This document shows, one piece after another, positions 19,813-29,629 of a stretch of DNA of 64,000 bases (positions are counted from its first letter, which is position 1; each line of letters begins with the position of its first letter). The position numbers and the translations under genes are program-made. The notes under the pieces are model-generated. The model did not search any database. It was not told where the DNA came from and saw nothing but the letters and a program-made list of their open reading frames with translations. Source of the stretch: Arcobacteraceae bacterium (GTDB lineage Bacteria; Campylobacterota; Campylobacteria; Campylobacterales; Arcobacteraceae); the NCBI GenBank assembly GCA_023229945.1, contig JALNYH010000002.1, positions 21,548 through 85,547 on the forward strand, in the 5' to 3' direction.

Positions 19813-20806
19813 TCAAAATCCTTTGTTCAAATTTGTCAAATTCATTACTAAAATATACGATTCTTACTTTCTTGAACTCTTTTAAAGAGTGCAAAATCAT
19901 ATTTGATTTAAACTCTATTTCATTTGCAATTGTCTCTATAATCTTTTGTAATTCTTGGCTACTTTGGGCATGAATCATAGTAAATAAATTGTATTTCCAC
20001 TCTTTATATACAGGTCTTAAATAACAATGGCTAACACTACTAAAACTGGCTGCTTTTTTGCCTATTTCCCCAGCCATATTTTCATCTATTTCCCATACTA
20101 CCATAGCATTTGAGCCAAAACCTGCTTTTTTGTGGTTTAAAATAGATGCAAATCTTCTCATGACTCCAGAGCTTAATAACTCTCCACAAACAGTAAATAA
20201 TCTTTCATAGCTAATCCCCAGAGTATCTATAATATATCTAAAAGGCTCTTTAGTAAACTCAATATCTTTTTGCAAAACTTCTATTATTTTATAATACTCA
20301 TCATTTAGCTCAATAGTTGTATAAGTTTTTTGTACTACTTCTTCTTTGATACTTTTGTTTTTGGTGGTGTCTAGTTTGACAGCTATTTTAAACATCTTAA
20401 TAGTAGGCAAGATAAGATAGTTTTTTGCTTTTGTTTTTGTAGCTAAAAAATCTATGGTTTTGTCTAAAGTAAGCTTTGAATTTGGTGGTAAAGCTATGGT
20501 AAACCATACATTAAACTTATGACTTCTTAGATAATTGTGTGAAATTCCTGGGTGGGAGTTTATAATCATTATTGCATCTTCTATATCTTTTTCATCAATT
20601 TCAAATGCCACTAAAGATGATTTGTATCCTAGTTTTTTGGTATCAAATATAGCTGAAGTTTGGCGTATTATACCTTCACTTTTTTGCTTATTCAATATCT
20701 CTATCACCTCATCTTCACTAATTCCAAATTTATTCCCAATATCCAAAAATGGTCTTGAAGTAAGTGGAAAGTTGTGTTGAATTTCAAGCAAGATTTCATC
20801 TGTCAT
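19799..20806 (-). CDS. fused two-module Lrp/AsnC-like siroheme decarboxylase (NirDL/NirGH, AhbAB-like)
   Basis: 335 aa, equal to two about 165-aa AsnC-like modules. Lies in an operon with nirE/nirF/nirJ. Confidence 0.7.
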   Translation of the reverse strand: MTDEILLEIQHNFPLTSRPFLDIGNKFGISEDEVIEILNKQKSEGIIRQTSAIFDTKKLGYKSSLVAFEIDEKDIEDAIMIINSHPGISHNYLRSHKFNVWFTIALPPNSKLTLDKTIDFLATKTKAKNYLILPTIKMFKIAVKLDTTKNKSIKEEVVQKTYTTIELNDEYYKIIEVLQKDIEFTKEPFRYIIDTLGISYERLFTVCGELLSSGVMRRFASILNHKKAGFGSNAMVVWEIDENMAGEIGKKAASFSSVSHCYLRPVYKEWKYNLFTMIHAQSSQELQKIIETIANEIEFKSNMILHSLKEFKKVRIVYFSNEFDKFEQRILNEIS

Positions 20807-21204
20807 TTGATATCTCCCGTACTAATTCCTTCAAAAAAATAGCTAATCACAAACTCTTTTTCTTTTTGAGTTTCAAGTGCTATAGTTTTGATTATATTTT
20901 GTGAGTCATCTAAGATTTGTACGCTATTGTTTGTCACTTTTAAGTGAGTTTTACCCCAGTTCTTATCTATAGTTTCTACCATTTTGAAGACTTCTTCATT
21001 TGATGGTTTGAGCTTTTCATCACCATTTTTAAACACTATACTAAAGCCACCTACCCTTTTTTCTAATGTATAAGGCATTTCTTGCTGAATTAGAGAATAT
21101 ATCCTTTCTTCTTTGGGTGAAGGTAATGCACTTTTCAAAGCAAAAAAGCCAAAACCAAAAAATACAACTATCAATATCACAAAAACTAAATTATTTGGTT
21201 TCAT
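20803..21204 (-). CDS. hypothetical N-terminally anchored protein within the d1 operon
   Basis: 133 aa, one N-terminal TM. Stop/start overlaps with both neighbours. Confidence 0.5.
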   Translation of the reverse strand: MKPNNLVFVILIVVFFGFGFFALKSALPSPKEERIYSLIQQEMPYTLEKRVGGFSIVFKNGDEKLKPSNEEVFKMVETIDKNWGKTHLKVTNNSVQILDDSQNIIKTIALETQKEKEFVISYFFEGISTGDIK

Positions 21205-21767
21205 TTTTTGACCTTTTCAAAATATTTAAGTGCTTCATTACTCAAAAACTCCATTCTTTCTTTCCCTTTTGGCAAACCATTTCTTAGACTATCCATATAA
21301 TCCAAAAAATCACTTATATCTTCTGGTAGTGCAGTTTGAAGATATTTTTTTAGATGTTTTGCAACTGCTGGTGATTTGCCACTTGTGGAAATAGAAACAA
21401 TCAAATCCCCTTTTTTGATATATGCTGGAAAAATAAAATTACAAAAATCAACACTATCTACACTATTGCATAGCTTATTACTCCTAGTACACTCATCAAA
21501 AATCTCTTTTTGCAAATCCAAATCATCAACAGCCACTACAATAATATCAAAATCATTGATATCACCGTCACAATAGCTTCTTTGCTCAAACTCAATATCA
21601 AACTTATCAATAAAATCTTTTGTATCTTCACAAATTCTTGGTGAAATAATCTTAATATCCAAAGTAAAATCTTTTATTTTATCAAGTTTTTCATACGCAA
21701 TATGTCCGCCACCCACTACCAAAACTTTGATTTTATCCATTTTTAGATATATAGGGAAATAGCTCAT
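21201..21767 (-). CDS. precorrin-2 dehydrogenase / sirohydrochlorin ferrochelatase (SirC/Met8/CysG-N like)
   Basis: 188 aa. NAD-binding VLVVGGGHIAYEKL. Confidence 0.75.
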   Translation of the reverse strand: MSYFPIYLKMDKIKVLVVGGGHIAYEKLDKIKDFTLDIKIISPRICEDTKDFIDKFDIEFEQRSYCDGDINDFDIIVVAVDDLDLQKEIFDECTRSNKLCNSVDSVDFCNFIFPAYIKKGDLIVSISTSGKSPAVAKHLKKYLQTALPEDISDFLDYMDSLRNGLPKGKERMEFLSNEALKYFEKVKK

Positions 21768-22504
21768 TTTGTTCCTTCAAACCATTGTAGCTGTTCTCTC
21801 AAATTCACAACTTCTCCAACCACAAACATCACAGGCGATTCCAACCCTCCAACTTTGCCATAAATATCTTCCAAAGTTCCAGTAATGCACTTTTGATCTT
21901 TTGTAGTACCCTTGCTTATCACTGCTATTGGTGTGGCTGGGTCTTTACCAACTTTGATAAGGTTTGAACAGATTTGTTTTAGCTTATGAAAACCCATCAA
22001 AAATATCAATGTATTTTCATTTTTCATACACTCCCAGTCAATCTGAGATACTTTTTTGTGAGCTGATTCATGACCAGTTACTACCTTGAAAGAAACTGCC
22101 ATATTTCTTTGAGTTACAGGAATACCAGCATATGCAGGAGCTGCTATAGATGAGCTGATTCCTGGTACTATCTCAAACTTTGCCCCTTTTTCATACAAAT
22201 GCAAAGCCTCTTCCCCTCCCCTTCCAAAAACAAAAGGGTCACCCCCTTTTAGTCTTACTACACATTCATATTTTTGAGATAATTGGTATAAAATTTCATT
22301 TATTTCTTCTTGAGGGACTAGATGATTTCCATCTTCTTTGCCAACATTTACAAACTCACACCCCTTAGAAGCCAAATCCAAAATCGCTGGGTTTGCAAGT
22401 CTGTCATATACTATTGCATCTGCACACTGTACCAATCTATAAGCTTTTATTGTCATCAATTCTATATCCCCAGGACCTGCTCCAGTTAAATATACTTTTC
22501 CCAT
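21764..22504 (-). CDS. nirE: uroporphyrinogen-III C-methyltransferase (NirE/CobA)
   Basis: 246 aa. GKVYLTGAGPGD, VVRLKGGDPFVFGRGGEE. Confidence 0.88.
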   Translation of the reverse strand: MGKVYLTGAGPGDIELMTIKAYRLVQCADAIVYDRLANPAILDLASKGCEFVNVGKEDGNHLVPQEEINEILYQLSQKYECVVRLKGGDPFVFGRGGEEALHLYEKGAKFEIVPGISSSIAAPAYAGIPVTQRNMAVSFKVVTGHESAHKKVSQIDWECMKNENTLIFLMGFHKLKQICSNLIKVGKDPATPIAVISKGTTKDQKCITGTLEDIYGKVGGLESPVMFVVGEVVNLREQLQWFEGTK

Positions 22505-22508
22505 AATT

Positions 22509-23585
22509 TCAACTCCTATTATATAAAAATATACCAGATGGTTTTTTTATATTTTGTATTTCTTCTTTTATTGTCCAATTTGATGTATTTAGTACCATTA
22601 CTTTATTTGTATCATTGACAGACACATATAAAATTGGCTCTTTTGAACTCCACCTTACATGCAACACTTTCCCATCAAATTGATACTTTTTGATAACTTC
22701 TAAGGTTGAAGTATCTATGATTTCAATATATGGAAATTCTTTGCCACTGTATGTTACTGCTAGATATTTATTATCAGGGCTAAGTGATGTAAATACTGGC
22801 AAACCAACCGTATCAATATTTTTTACAAAATTGAACTTTTGGTCATAAACTAATACTTTTTTATCACCAACGGCTGGAATATATATAAGCTCACTTCCCA
22901 AGCTCCAAAATCCAAAATGTGGAACTTTTAAAACTGGGAGATTGTTTTGGGCAGTAATAGATATTTTGCTAAATTGCATACTATCCAAATCAACTACACC
23001 AAAATAATCACTTTGAAAAAATCCTACAATATAGTTCTGATTCTCAACCATAGCATCAAAAGGCATTTCGCCTACATTGCTAAAACTATGATGAAATACA
23101 AAAAATGGCTCTTTTGATGGGTTTCTTCGTAGAACTGTCAATCTATCATTATCCATCTCAGCAAAAATCAAAAGATTTTTATATGTTCTTATCCCTACAT
23201 TTCTAGAATTTGTACCTATTTTTTGTATAGGATTCAAATCTCTATCTAATATATCTACACTTTTATCATCATAATTAGCCACAGCTACAAAATCATCTTC
23301 CACCACAAATCCGATAGCACTTTTGCTTGTTTTATATTCTGCTACTATTTCCAAAGTCTTTGGGTTTATTTTGATTACATAGCCATCTCGTGTGATAGCA
23401 TATCCGTCGTTTTTATAAAATTTCACAATACCATGATTCATATCACGCATATTTTCTATTCGACCTACTAGCTTTTGATTATCAATAACTGCTAAAGAGG
23501 AGCTTTCCCTCTCTACAACAAATACTCTCTCATCAGCAACCAAACTTGCAAATGCACATAAAATCAAAAAGAATAATCTATTCAC
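22509..23585 (-). CDS. nirF: NirF, cd1-like beta-propeller protein without heme c
   Basis: 358 aa. Signal peptide, no CxxCH, propeller-length protein between nirJ and nirE. Confidence 0.75.
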   Translation of the reverse strand: MNRLFFLILCAFASLVADERVFVVERESSSLAVIDNQKLVGRIENMRDMNHGIVKFYKNDGYAITRDGYVIKINPKTLEIVAEYKTSKSAIGFVVEDDFVAVANYDDKSVDILDRDLNPIQKIGTNSRNVGIRTYKNLLIFAEMDNDRLTVLRRNPSKEPFFVFHHSFSNVGEMPFDAMVENQNYIVGFFQSDYFGVVDLDSMQFSKISITAQNNLPVLKVPHFGFWSLGSELIYIPAVGDKKVLVYDQKFNFVKNIDTVGLPVFTSLSPDNKYLAVTYSGKEFPYIEIIDTSTLEVIKKYQFDGKVLHVRWSSKEPILYVSVNDTNKVMVLNTSNWTIKEEIQNIKKPSGIFLYNRS

Positions 23586-24697
23586 GCTATCTCCTTTTCA
23601 CTCAAATAACAACTAGGGTCTTCACCCCACAAATCACCACTTACGGCAAATGCCCTACTTCTACTACCACCATTACAAATAAACATATATTTGCAATCAG
23701 TACATTTACCTGAAATTTGTCGCTCACTTCTTAGCCTATCTAGAAGTAAACTTTTTTTATCATTCCAAATATCACTAAAACTTTGTTCTTGAATATTACC
23801 AAGTCTAAAAGGGAAAAACGGGTCAGGCTTGACATATCCAAAACTATCAATATTTACAAGTTTTCTACCAGCACTGTTCCCTCCCCAAGCGCTAAGTCGT
23901 GAGACTAATTTAGATACAAGATGAGGATATCTTTTCTTAACCATTTTTAAAAACATTATCGCATCACACTCCATATTTCCTGTAACTATCTCTATATCTT
24001 TGCCATTTTCTTGATATTCAAATGTTTTATTCAATATATATTCAACAGATTTCATTCTCTCTTCTTTAGACAAATCCATCTCAAGATTTTCTAATCCTCT
24101 ACCACTATATACAAAATGTGAGATATAAATCTTACTAAAATTCTCTTTTTCACTGAGTGCAAAAATATGTTCTAGACTATCAATAGTAGTTTTGGTGATA
24201 GTAAATCTAATACCAACTTTTCCACCTTTTGATTGAACTAGTTTCATAGCATCTATTGATTTGCGGTATGAGCCTTTTAGCCCTCTAAAATAATCATGTG
24301 TTATCTCATCACCATCTATACTAATGCCTATATAATCAAATGTATCAACTATTCTTTGAGCATTGGAGTGATTGATGTATAAACCATTAGTAGATAAATA
24401 GGTGATAATTCCTTTGTCTTTGGCATATTGTGCTATTTCAAAAATATCTTTTCTTACCAATGGCTCTCCACCAGAAAAAATGATAAACTTAATCTTATTT
24501 TCAATAAATTCATCAATAGTTGATTTGATTATTTCAATATCAAGTGTGTCATTTGAATCAATATCGGCTTTTGAATAACAATGCAAACATGAAAGATTAC
24601 ATCTATTTGTAAAATTCCAAATCACAATACTCCCATCAAGTACCCTTGAAGGTGTATCATTTATGATAGTTTTTAATAAATTTGATGCTCTAAACAT
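23582..24697 (-). CDS. nirJ: radical SAM heme d1 biosynthesis protein NirJ
   Basis: 371 aa. CNLSCLHCY (CxxxCxxC) and a C-terminal Cys-rich SPASM-like region. Confidence 0.85.
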   Translation of the reverse strand: MFRASNLLKTIINDTPSRVLDGSIVIWNFTNRCNLSCLHCYSKADIDSNDTLDIEIIKSTIDEFIENKIKFIIFSGGEPLVRKDIFEIAQYAKDKGIITYLSTNGLYINHSNAQRIVDTFDYIGISIDGDEITHDYFRGLKGSYRKSIDAMKLVQSKGGKVGIRFTITKTTIDSLEHIFALSEKENFSKIYISHFVYSGRGLENLEMDLSKEERMKSVEYILNKTFEYQENGKDIEIVTGNMECDAIMFLKMVKKRYPHLVSKLVSRLSAWGGNSAGRKLVNIDSFGYVKPDPFFPFRLGNIQEQSFSDIWNDKKSLLLDRLRSERQISGKCTDCKYMFICNGGSRSRAFAVSGDLWGEDPSCYLSEKEIA

Positions 24698-25008
24698 TAG
24701 TTATTTCCTTTTGTTGGCTTAAAAGATAAAATATACTGAGAGATTGATAGATATTCTTCTTGAGTTAAACTAAATGATGGCATTACACTTCTTCTGTAAC
24801 TAAAAGATTTATATGATAATTTTGGATTAAATATATAAGAGATAATTTCACTTTCAGTTCTTTTTGAGGCGATTTCACTAAAAGATGGACCAAATGCCAA
24901 AGATGTTTGATGATGACAACCCCAGCAATATTTTTCAAAAACTTTTTTACCATCTATTTGTCCAAAAAGTCCAGAAAATAAAACTAATATTAAAAAAAAT
25001 ATCTTCAT
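24697..25008 (-). CDS. nirC: monoheme cytochrome c (NirC / c55X-like)
   Basis: Start moved to MKIFFLILVLF (ATG 25008). Signal peptide, CWGCH. Confidence 0.7.
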   Translation of the reverse strand: MKIFFLILVLFSGLFGQIDGKKVFEKYCWGCHHQTSLAFGPSFSEIASKRTESEIISYIFNPKLSYKSFSYRRSVMPSFSLTQEEYLSISQYILSFKPTKGNN

Positions 25009-25063
25009 ATTATCCCCCACCTTTTGATTAAGCCAATAGTAACATCTTTTAAAAAATTCTAAA

Positions 25064-25077
25064 TTGATGTATATCAA
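25064..25077. promoter_or_regulatory. FNR/DNR-type box TTGAT-GTAT-ATCAA shared by the divergent d1 operon and trpD2-like gene
   Basis: Centre 25070.5. Plus TATTAT at 25100..25105 and minus TACTAT (rc of 25036..25041), both 29.5 nt from the centre. Confidence 0.65.
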
Positions 25078-25129
25078 GTTGAAAATAGTTATTTTAAAGT
25101 ATTATTTTATTTAACATAAAAGGGATAAA

Positions 25130-26023
25130 ATGAGTTTTACACAATATATAAAAGCTGTTGGAACCGGTCCAAAACACAATCATGATTTAACCCAAGAACA
25201 AATCACTGATGCCCTTTCTTTGATTTTTGATTCCAAAGTTTCAAAAGAAGAAATTGGAGCTTTTTTGCTAGGATGGAGAGTAAAGGGAGAAAGCATAGAT
25301 GAGTTTATTGGGGCATTAAATGCTTTTGATAAATATATACAAAAAGTAGATTTACCAAACTCCATAGAACTTGGCTATCCCTATGATGGGAAAGCTGATA
25401 ATCCGTATCTTTTCCCTATTATTGCCAAATATTTAAAACCATTTGATATCAACTTGGCATTATGTTTTGATAGTCTAAGCCATGCAAAAAAAGGTATTAC
25501 TCTAAAGCAAATTTGTGACAATATAATCCTATCATCCAATATTAAAATCTACGATAGAAAAACGATATTCCCCCAATTGTCTAGTTTAAATCAATTAAGA
25601 GAAAATCTATCCATAAGAACATCACTTAATGCTTTGGAAAAATTAACAGGTTTTGCTCAAAGTAAAGTTGGGATTTTGGGTGTTTTTCATAAGCCTTATG
25701 TGGATAAATATTTACAATGTTATAAAAATCGATATGAAACTCTTGCTATTATCAAAGGAAATGAAGGTAGTTTTGAGATATTTAGTAAGGTAAAAGTATG
25801 GATTTATAAAAATAATACCTTAGAAGAACTTATAATTGACCCAAAAGATTTTGATATAAATTACATTAAATCTTGGGATAGAATTAGTGATACAGAATCT
25901 TTCCAAATGACTCAAAACCCATCACTAGAGTTGGAGAAACTCGCTAAATTAAATGCTGCTTTATTCTTATACATTTATACAGACTTATTTGATTCAATAA
26001 GTAATGCTTATAATAATTTATAA
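25130..26023 (+). CDS. TrpD2/YbiB-like glycosyl transferase family 3 protein
   Basis: 297 aa. The N-terminal helical bundle pattern (DLTQEQITDALSLIF...EEIGAFLLGWRVKGES) resembles anthranilate PRTase paralogues. Confidence 0.55.
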   Translation: MSFTQYIKAVGTGPKHNHDLTQEQITDALSLIFDSKVSKEEIGAFLLGWRVKGESIDEFIGALNAFDKYIQKVDLPNSIELGYPYDGKADNPYLFPIIAKYLKPFDINLALCFDSLSHAKKGITLKQICDNIILSSNIKIYDRKTIFPQLSSLNQLRENLSIRTSLNALEKLTGFAQSKVGILGVFHKPYVDKYLQCYKNRYETLAIIKGNEGSFEIFSKVKVWIYKNNTLEELIIDPKDFDINYIKSWDRISDTESFQMTQNPSLELEKLAKLNAALFLYIYTDLFDSISNAYNNL

Positions 26024-26061
26024 GTATTACTAAATTTCAATATTACATTAAGTTGTAATTT

Positions 26062-26075
26062 ATGACTTAAGTCAA
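26062..26075 (+). promoter_or_regulatory. FNR/DNR-type box aTGAC-TTAA-GTCAA (nosZ promoter)
   Basis: Centre 26068.5. TGtTAAACT at 26095..26103. The 42 nt from the box to the -10 are about 90% identical to 7214..7256. Confidence 0.7.
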
Positions 26076-26133
26076 ATTCTCTTCGTTAATTTTTTGTTAA
26101 ACTTCGCTTACATTTCAAAATTAGGAGAGAGAC

Positions 26134-28728
26134 ATGAAGTGGAATTTAAAGAAAATATCGGTTATCAGTGCGATGCTTCTATTTTCTGCACAATCTGTAT
26201 TGGGCTCAACAGCTTTACAGAAAGTAATGAAAGATAGAGGATTATCAGAAAGAGATGTTCTTGCTGCTGCAAAAACTTTCGTTCCAACTGGTATGAAAGA
26301 TGAATACTATGTATTTAGTTCAGGTGGTCAATCAGGACAAGTAATTGTTTATGGTGTCCCATCTATGAGAATCCTTAAATATATTGGTGTATTTACACCT
26401 GAGCCTTGGCAAGGATATGGTTTTGATGAAGAATCAAAAAAAGTTCTTGAAAGTGGCTATATTAGAGGTCAAGAGATTAAATGGGGAGATACACACCATC
26501 CAAACTTTAGTGAAAAAAATGGTGAGTATGCAGGTGATTATTTATTTATCAACGACAAAGCAAATCCTAGAGTTGCTGTCATTAACTTACACGATTTTGA
26601 AACTACACAAATAGTTGTAAATCCTGTTTTAAGAAGTACTCATGGTGGTAGCTTTGTTACTCCAAATACTGAATATATAATTGATGCATCTCAATATGCA
26701 GCTCCTTATGAAAATGATTGGGTTCCTATTGAAATGTATGAAGAAAAATATCGTGGTGGGGTTACTCTTTGGAAATTTGACTATGAAAAAGGTAAAATCA
26801 ATGAAAAAGCATCTTTTACATTAGAACTTCCTCCATATATGCAAGATTTAAGTGATGCTGGTAAAGGTGTATCTATGGGATGGGGCTTTACAAATAGCTT
26901 TAACTCAGAAATGTACACTGGTGGTATCGAAAAAGGATTACCTCCTTTTGAAGCTGGTATGAGTAGAAATGATACTGACTATATGCATGTATATAACTGG
27001 CAAATTTTGGAAAAACTTGCAAAAGATTCAAAAAACTATAAAGTTATCAATGGACATAAAGTTGTAACTATTGAAGCAGCGGTAAAAGCTGGGGCATTAT
27101 TTTTGATTCCTGAAGCAAAATCACCTCATGGTGCTGATGTTACACCTGATGGAAGATATATTATTGTTGGTGGAAAGCTTGATACTCATGCTTCAGTTTA
27201 TGATTTCCAAAAAATCAAAAAACAAATCGACAACAAAGAGTTTATTGGAAAAGACCCTTATGGTATTCCTATCTTAGATATGAAAAAATCACTACATGGT
27301 CAACTTGAACTTGGACTTGGGCCATTGCATCATACTTTTGATGAAAAAACAGGGATTATTTATACATCATTATATGTTGATTCACAAATCGTTAAATGGG
27401 ATTATCAAAACCTAAAATTACTTGATAGAGTAAATGTACACTATAACATTGGACACTTAGATTCAATGGAAGGTAAATCTGCTAAACCAAAAGGTAAATA
27501 TGCTATTGCACTAAATAAACTATCAATTGATAGATTCTTACCAGTTGGTCCACTTCATCCACAAAATCATCAGTTGATTGATATTGCTGGTGATAAAATG
27601 GAGCTAATTTATGATATGCCTATAGGTCTTGGTGAGCCACATGATGTTATTTCTATTCATGCGAGCAAAATCAAACCAGCTGTTAGATATAAAATCGGAA
27701 CAAACAGTAGAACAGGTGAAGTTCACGAAGGTGCAACACTAGCAGGGCAAGAAAGAATTGAAAGAGATGGAAACAAAGTCAAAGTTTATATGACAGCTAT
27801 TAGAAGTCACTTAAACCCAGAACATATTGAAGTCAAAAAAGGTGATGAAGTTACAATTTATGTGACAAACCTTGAGCGTGCTGTGGATGAAACTCATGCA
27901 TTTGGGGTATCTGGATTAAATGTACATGCTTCAGTAGAACCTGGTAAAACATCTTCTGTAACATTTACAGCTGATCAAGAAGGGGTTTTCCCATACTATT
28001 GTACAGAGTTTTGTTCTGCACTTCACCTAGAGATGATGGGTTATTTGTATGTTAAAGATGGAGACAAAAAATATCCAGATTTCAAAGCTGCAAAAGTAGC
28101 GAAAATGAGCCCAGCTGAACTAGAAAAAGAATACAAAAAAGTTGTTGCAACAAACAAAGCGACAGATGATGTAATCCAAAGTGTTGTGAAATTCCTTAAA
28201 GAAAAAGGATTTGATAAACACGCTGATGTTGCTGCTCTTGTAACTGATGCACTTGATCAATATGGAAAAATTCCAGAAGAAAAAGCAAAAGCGGACAAAG
28301 CATATAAAGCAGGTGATTTGAACACTGCTATTCTTTGGGAAAACCAAATATGGCAATATATGGTAAAAACTGCTGATGTTGGTTTGAGAGCTAAAAATAT
28401 GCTTTCTCGTAAACTTGCTACTCCTATGAGTGAAAAAGCAAGACTTGGAGAAGAAGCTTATTTAAGAGGCGGTTGTAATGGTTGCCATGTGGTTGGTAAA
28501 GTAAGTTCTGGTCCAGATATTACAGGGGCTCTTATGAGACATGAAAATGCTGAAGAGTTTTTACATAACTTTATATTAAACCCAGAAAAATACTATACCC
28601 ATCCATATATCGATGCAATGATTAAAGCATTCAACTTAAGAATGCCAAATCAAAATATGAAATCTGAAGAGGTTAAAAATATTATCGAATATATGAAATG
28701 GATTGATGAAAACGCTGGTCTTCATTAA
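26134..28728 (+). CDS. nosZ: nitrous oxide reductase NosZ, clade II with a C-terminal cytochrome c domain (cNosZ)
   Basis: 864 aa. Sec-type signal peptide (no twin Arg), GDTHHP, CuA site CTEFCSALHLEMMG, C-terminal CNGCH domain. Confidence 0.93.
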   Translation: MKWNLKKISVISAMLLFSAQSVLGSTALQKVMKDRGLSERDVLAAAKTFVPTGMKDEYYVFSSGGQSGQVIVYGVPSMRILKYIGVFTPEPWQGYGFDEESKKVLESGYIRGQEIKWGDTHHPNFSEKNGEYAGDYLFINDKANPRVAVINLHDFETTQIVVNPVLRSTHGGSFVTPNTEYIIDASQYAAPYENDWVPIEMYEEKYRGGVTLWKFDYEKGKINEKASFTLELPPYMQDLSDAGKGVSMGWGFTNSFNSEMYTGGIEKGLPPFEAGMSRNDTDYMHVYNWQILEKLAKDSKNYKVINGHKVVTIEAAVKAGALFLIPEAKSPHGADVTPDGRYIIVGGKLDTHASVYDFQKIKKQIDNKEFIGKDPYGIPILDMKKSLHGQLELGLGPLHHTFDEKTGIIYTSLYVDSQIVKWDYQNLKLLDRVNVHYNIGHLDSMEGKSAKPKGKYAIALNKLSIDRFLPVGPLHPQNHQLIDIAGDKMELIYDMPIGLGEPHDVISIHASKIKPAVRYKIGTNSRTGEVHEGATLAGQERIERDGNKVKVYMTAIRSHLNPEHIEVKKGDEVTIYVTNLERAVDETHAFGVSGLNVHASVEPGKTSSVTFTADQEGVFPYYCTEFCSALHLEMMGYLYVKDGDKKYPDFKAAKVAKMSPAELEKEYKKVVATNKATDDVIQSVVKFLKEKGFDKHADVAALVTDALDQYGKIPEEKAKADKAYKAGDLNTAILWENQIWQYMVKTADVGLRAKNMLSRKLATPMSEKARLGEEAYLRGGCNGCHVVGKVSSGPDITGALMRHENAEEFLHNFILNPEKYYTHPYIDAMIKAFNLRMPNQNMKSEEVKNIIEYMKWIDENAGLH

Positions 28729-28737
28729 TGGATTAAT

Positions 28738-28761
28738 TTAGTAGGGATTTTTCCCTGCTAA
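28738..28761 (+). terminator. hairpin after nosZ (attenuator)
   Basis: ttagtaggga / tccctgctaa arms (one G-U) with loop tttt. No T-tract. Followed by a new box/promoter for nosB. Confidence 0.5.
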
Positions 28762-28784
28762 ATTATCACTTACCCTAGTAATCA

Positions 28785-28798
28785 TTGATTTAAGTCAA
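28785..28798 (+). promoter_or_regulatory. FNR/DNR-type box TTGAT-TTAA-GTCAA (nosB promoter)
   Basis: Centre 28791.5. TACAAT at 28821..28826, 29.5 nt from the centre. Confidence 0.7.
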
Positions 28799-28857
28799 TG
28801 TTATTAATTACAAAACACACTACAATTAATTAGTTTTTTATCGTTAGGAGATTTATA

Positions 28858-29625
28858 ATGAAAAAATATCAAATATTTACAGTACTTGCTTTATTGTTGC
28901 TTACTTTTGGTTTTACAATACCTATTATTGGCTTTCATGGGGTTATTGATAAAATCAAAAATCATCAAACAGATGAAATCCCAGCTCATTCATATGCTAT
29001 TTGGGATTTTTATAATAAATTCCAATATCAAAGCCCATATATACCTCAAGGAGCTGATGGTTCTTTAGAAAAAATGATAGAAACAAAAGCAGAGATTGGA
29101 TCTGCTAGTGTTCCTGTATGGAGAGTTTCACTAGAAGCACCAAATTATCCAAAAGAAGCATTCCCAGATGGAATACCTGTATATTTTCACTTTGATGGAT
29201 ATAGTGGAGATGTAGAAGAAATGAATACAATTAACCATTATATTGGTATGTATCCTATGGAGTACGGCGGACAATTTGAAAGAGTTTTAGTTCCATACTT
29301 TTTCTTAGCACTTACACTTATGATGATTGGTTATTTATATTGGGAAAGCAAACATTCATGGCTATTGATGGCTATACCTATAGCTTTACCTATTGGATTT
29401 TTGATTGATTATGCTGGATGGCTTTATTGGTACGGGCATAATATGCAAGATTGGGGTGCATTTACTATAAAACCCTTTATGCCAACAGTATTTGGACAAG
29501 GTAAAGTAGCACAATTTACTACACACTCTTATCCTACTATTGGTTATTATATCATACTAATAGCGAGTGTTTTGAGTATTTTGGCAGTATTTTCAAAACT
29601 AAAAGACCAAAAAGTTCAAGATTAA
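28858..29625 (+). CDS. nosB: NosB-like integral membrane protein
   Basis: 255 aa, multi-TM. Occupies the position after nosZ as in the Wolinella-type nos cluster. Confidence 0.65.
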   Translation: MKKYQIFTVLALLLLTFGFTIPIIGFHGVIDKIKNHQTDEIPAHSYAIWDFYNKFQYQSPYIPQGADGSLEKMIETKAEIGSASVPVWRVSLEAPNYPKEAFPDGIPVYFHFDGYSGDVEEMNTINHYIGMYPMEYGGQFERVLVPYFFLALTLMMIGYLYWESKHSWLLMAIPIALPIGFLIDYAGWLYWYGHNMQDWGAFTIKPFMPTVFGQGKVAQFTTHSYPTIGYYIILIASVLSILAVFSKLKDQKVQD

Positions 29626-29629
29626 TATA

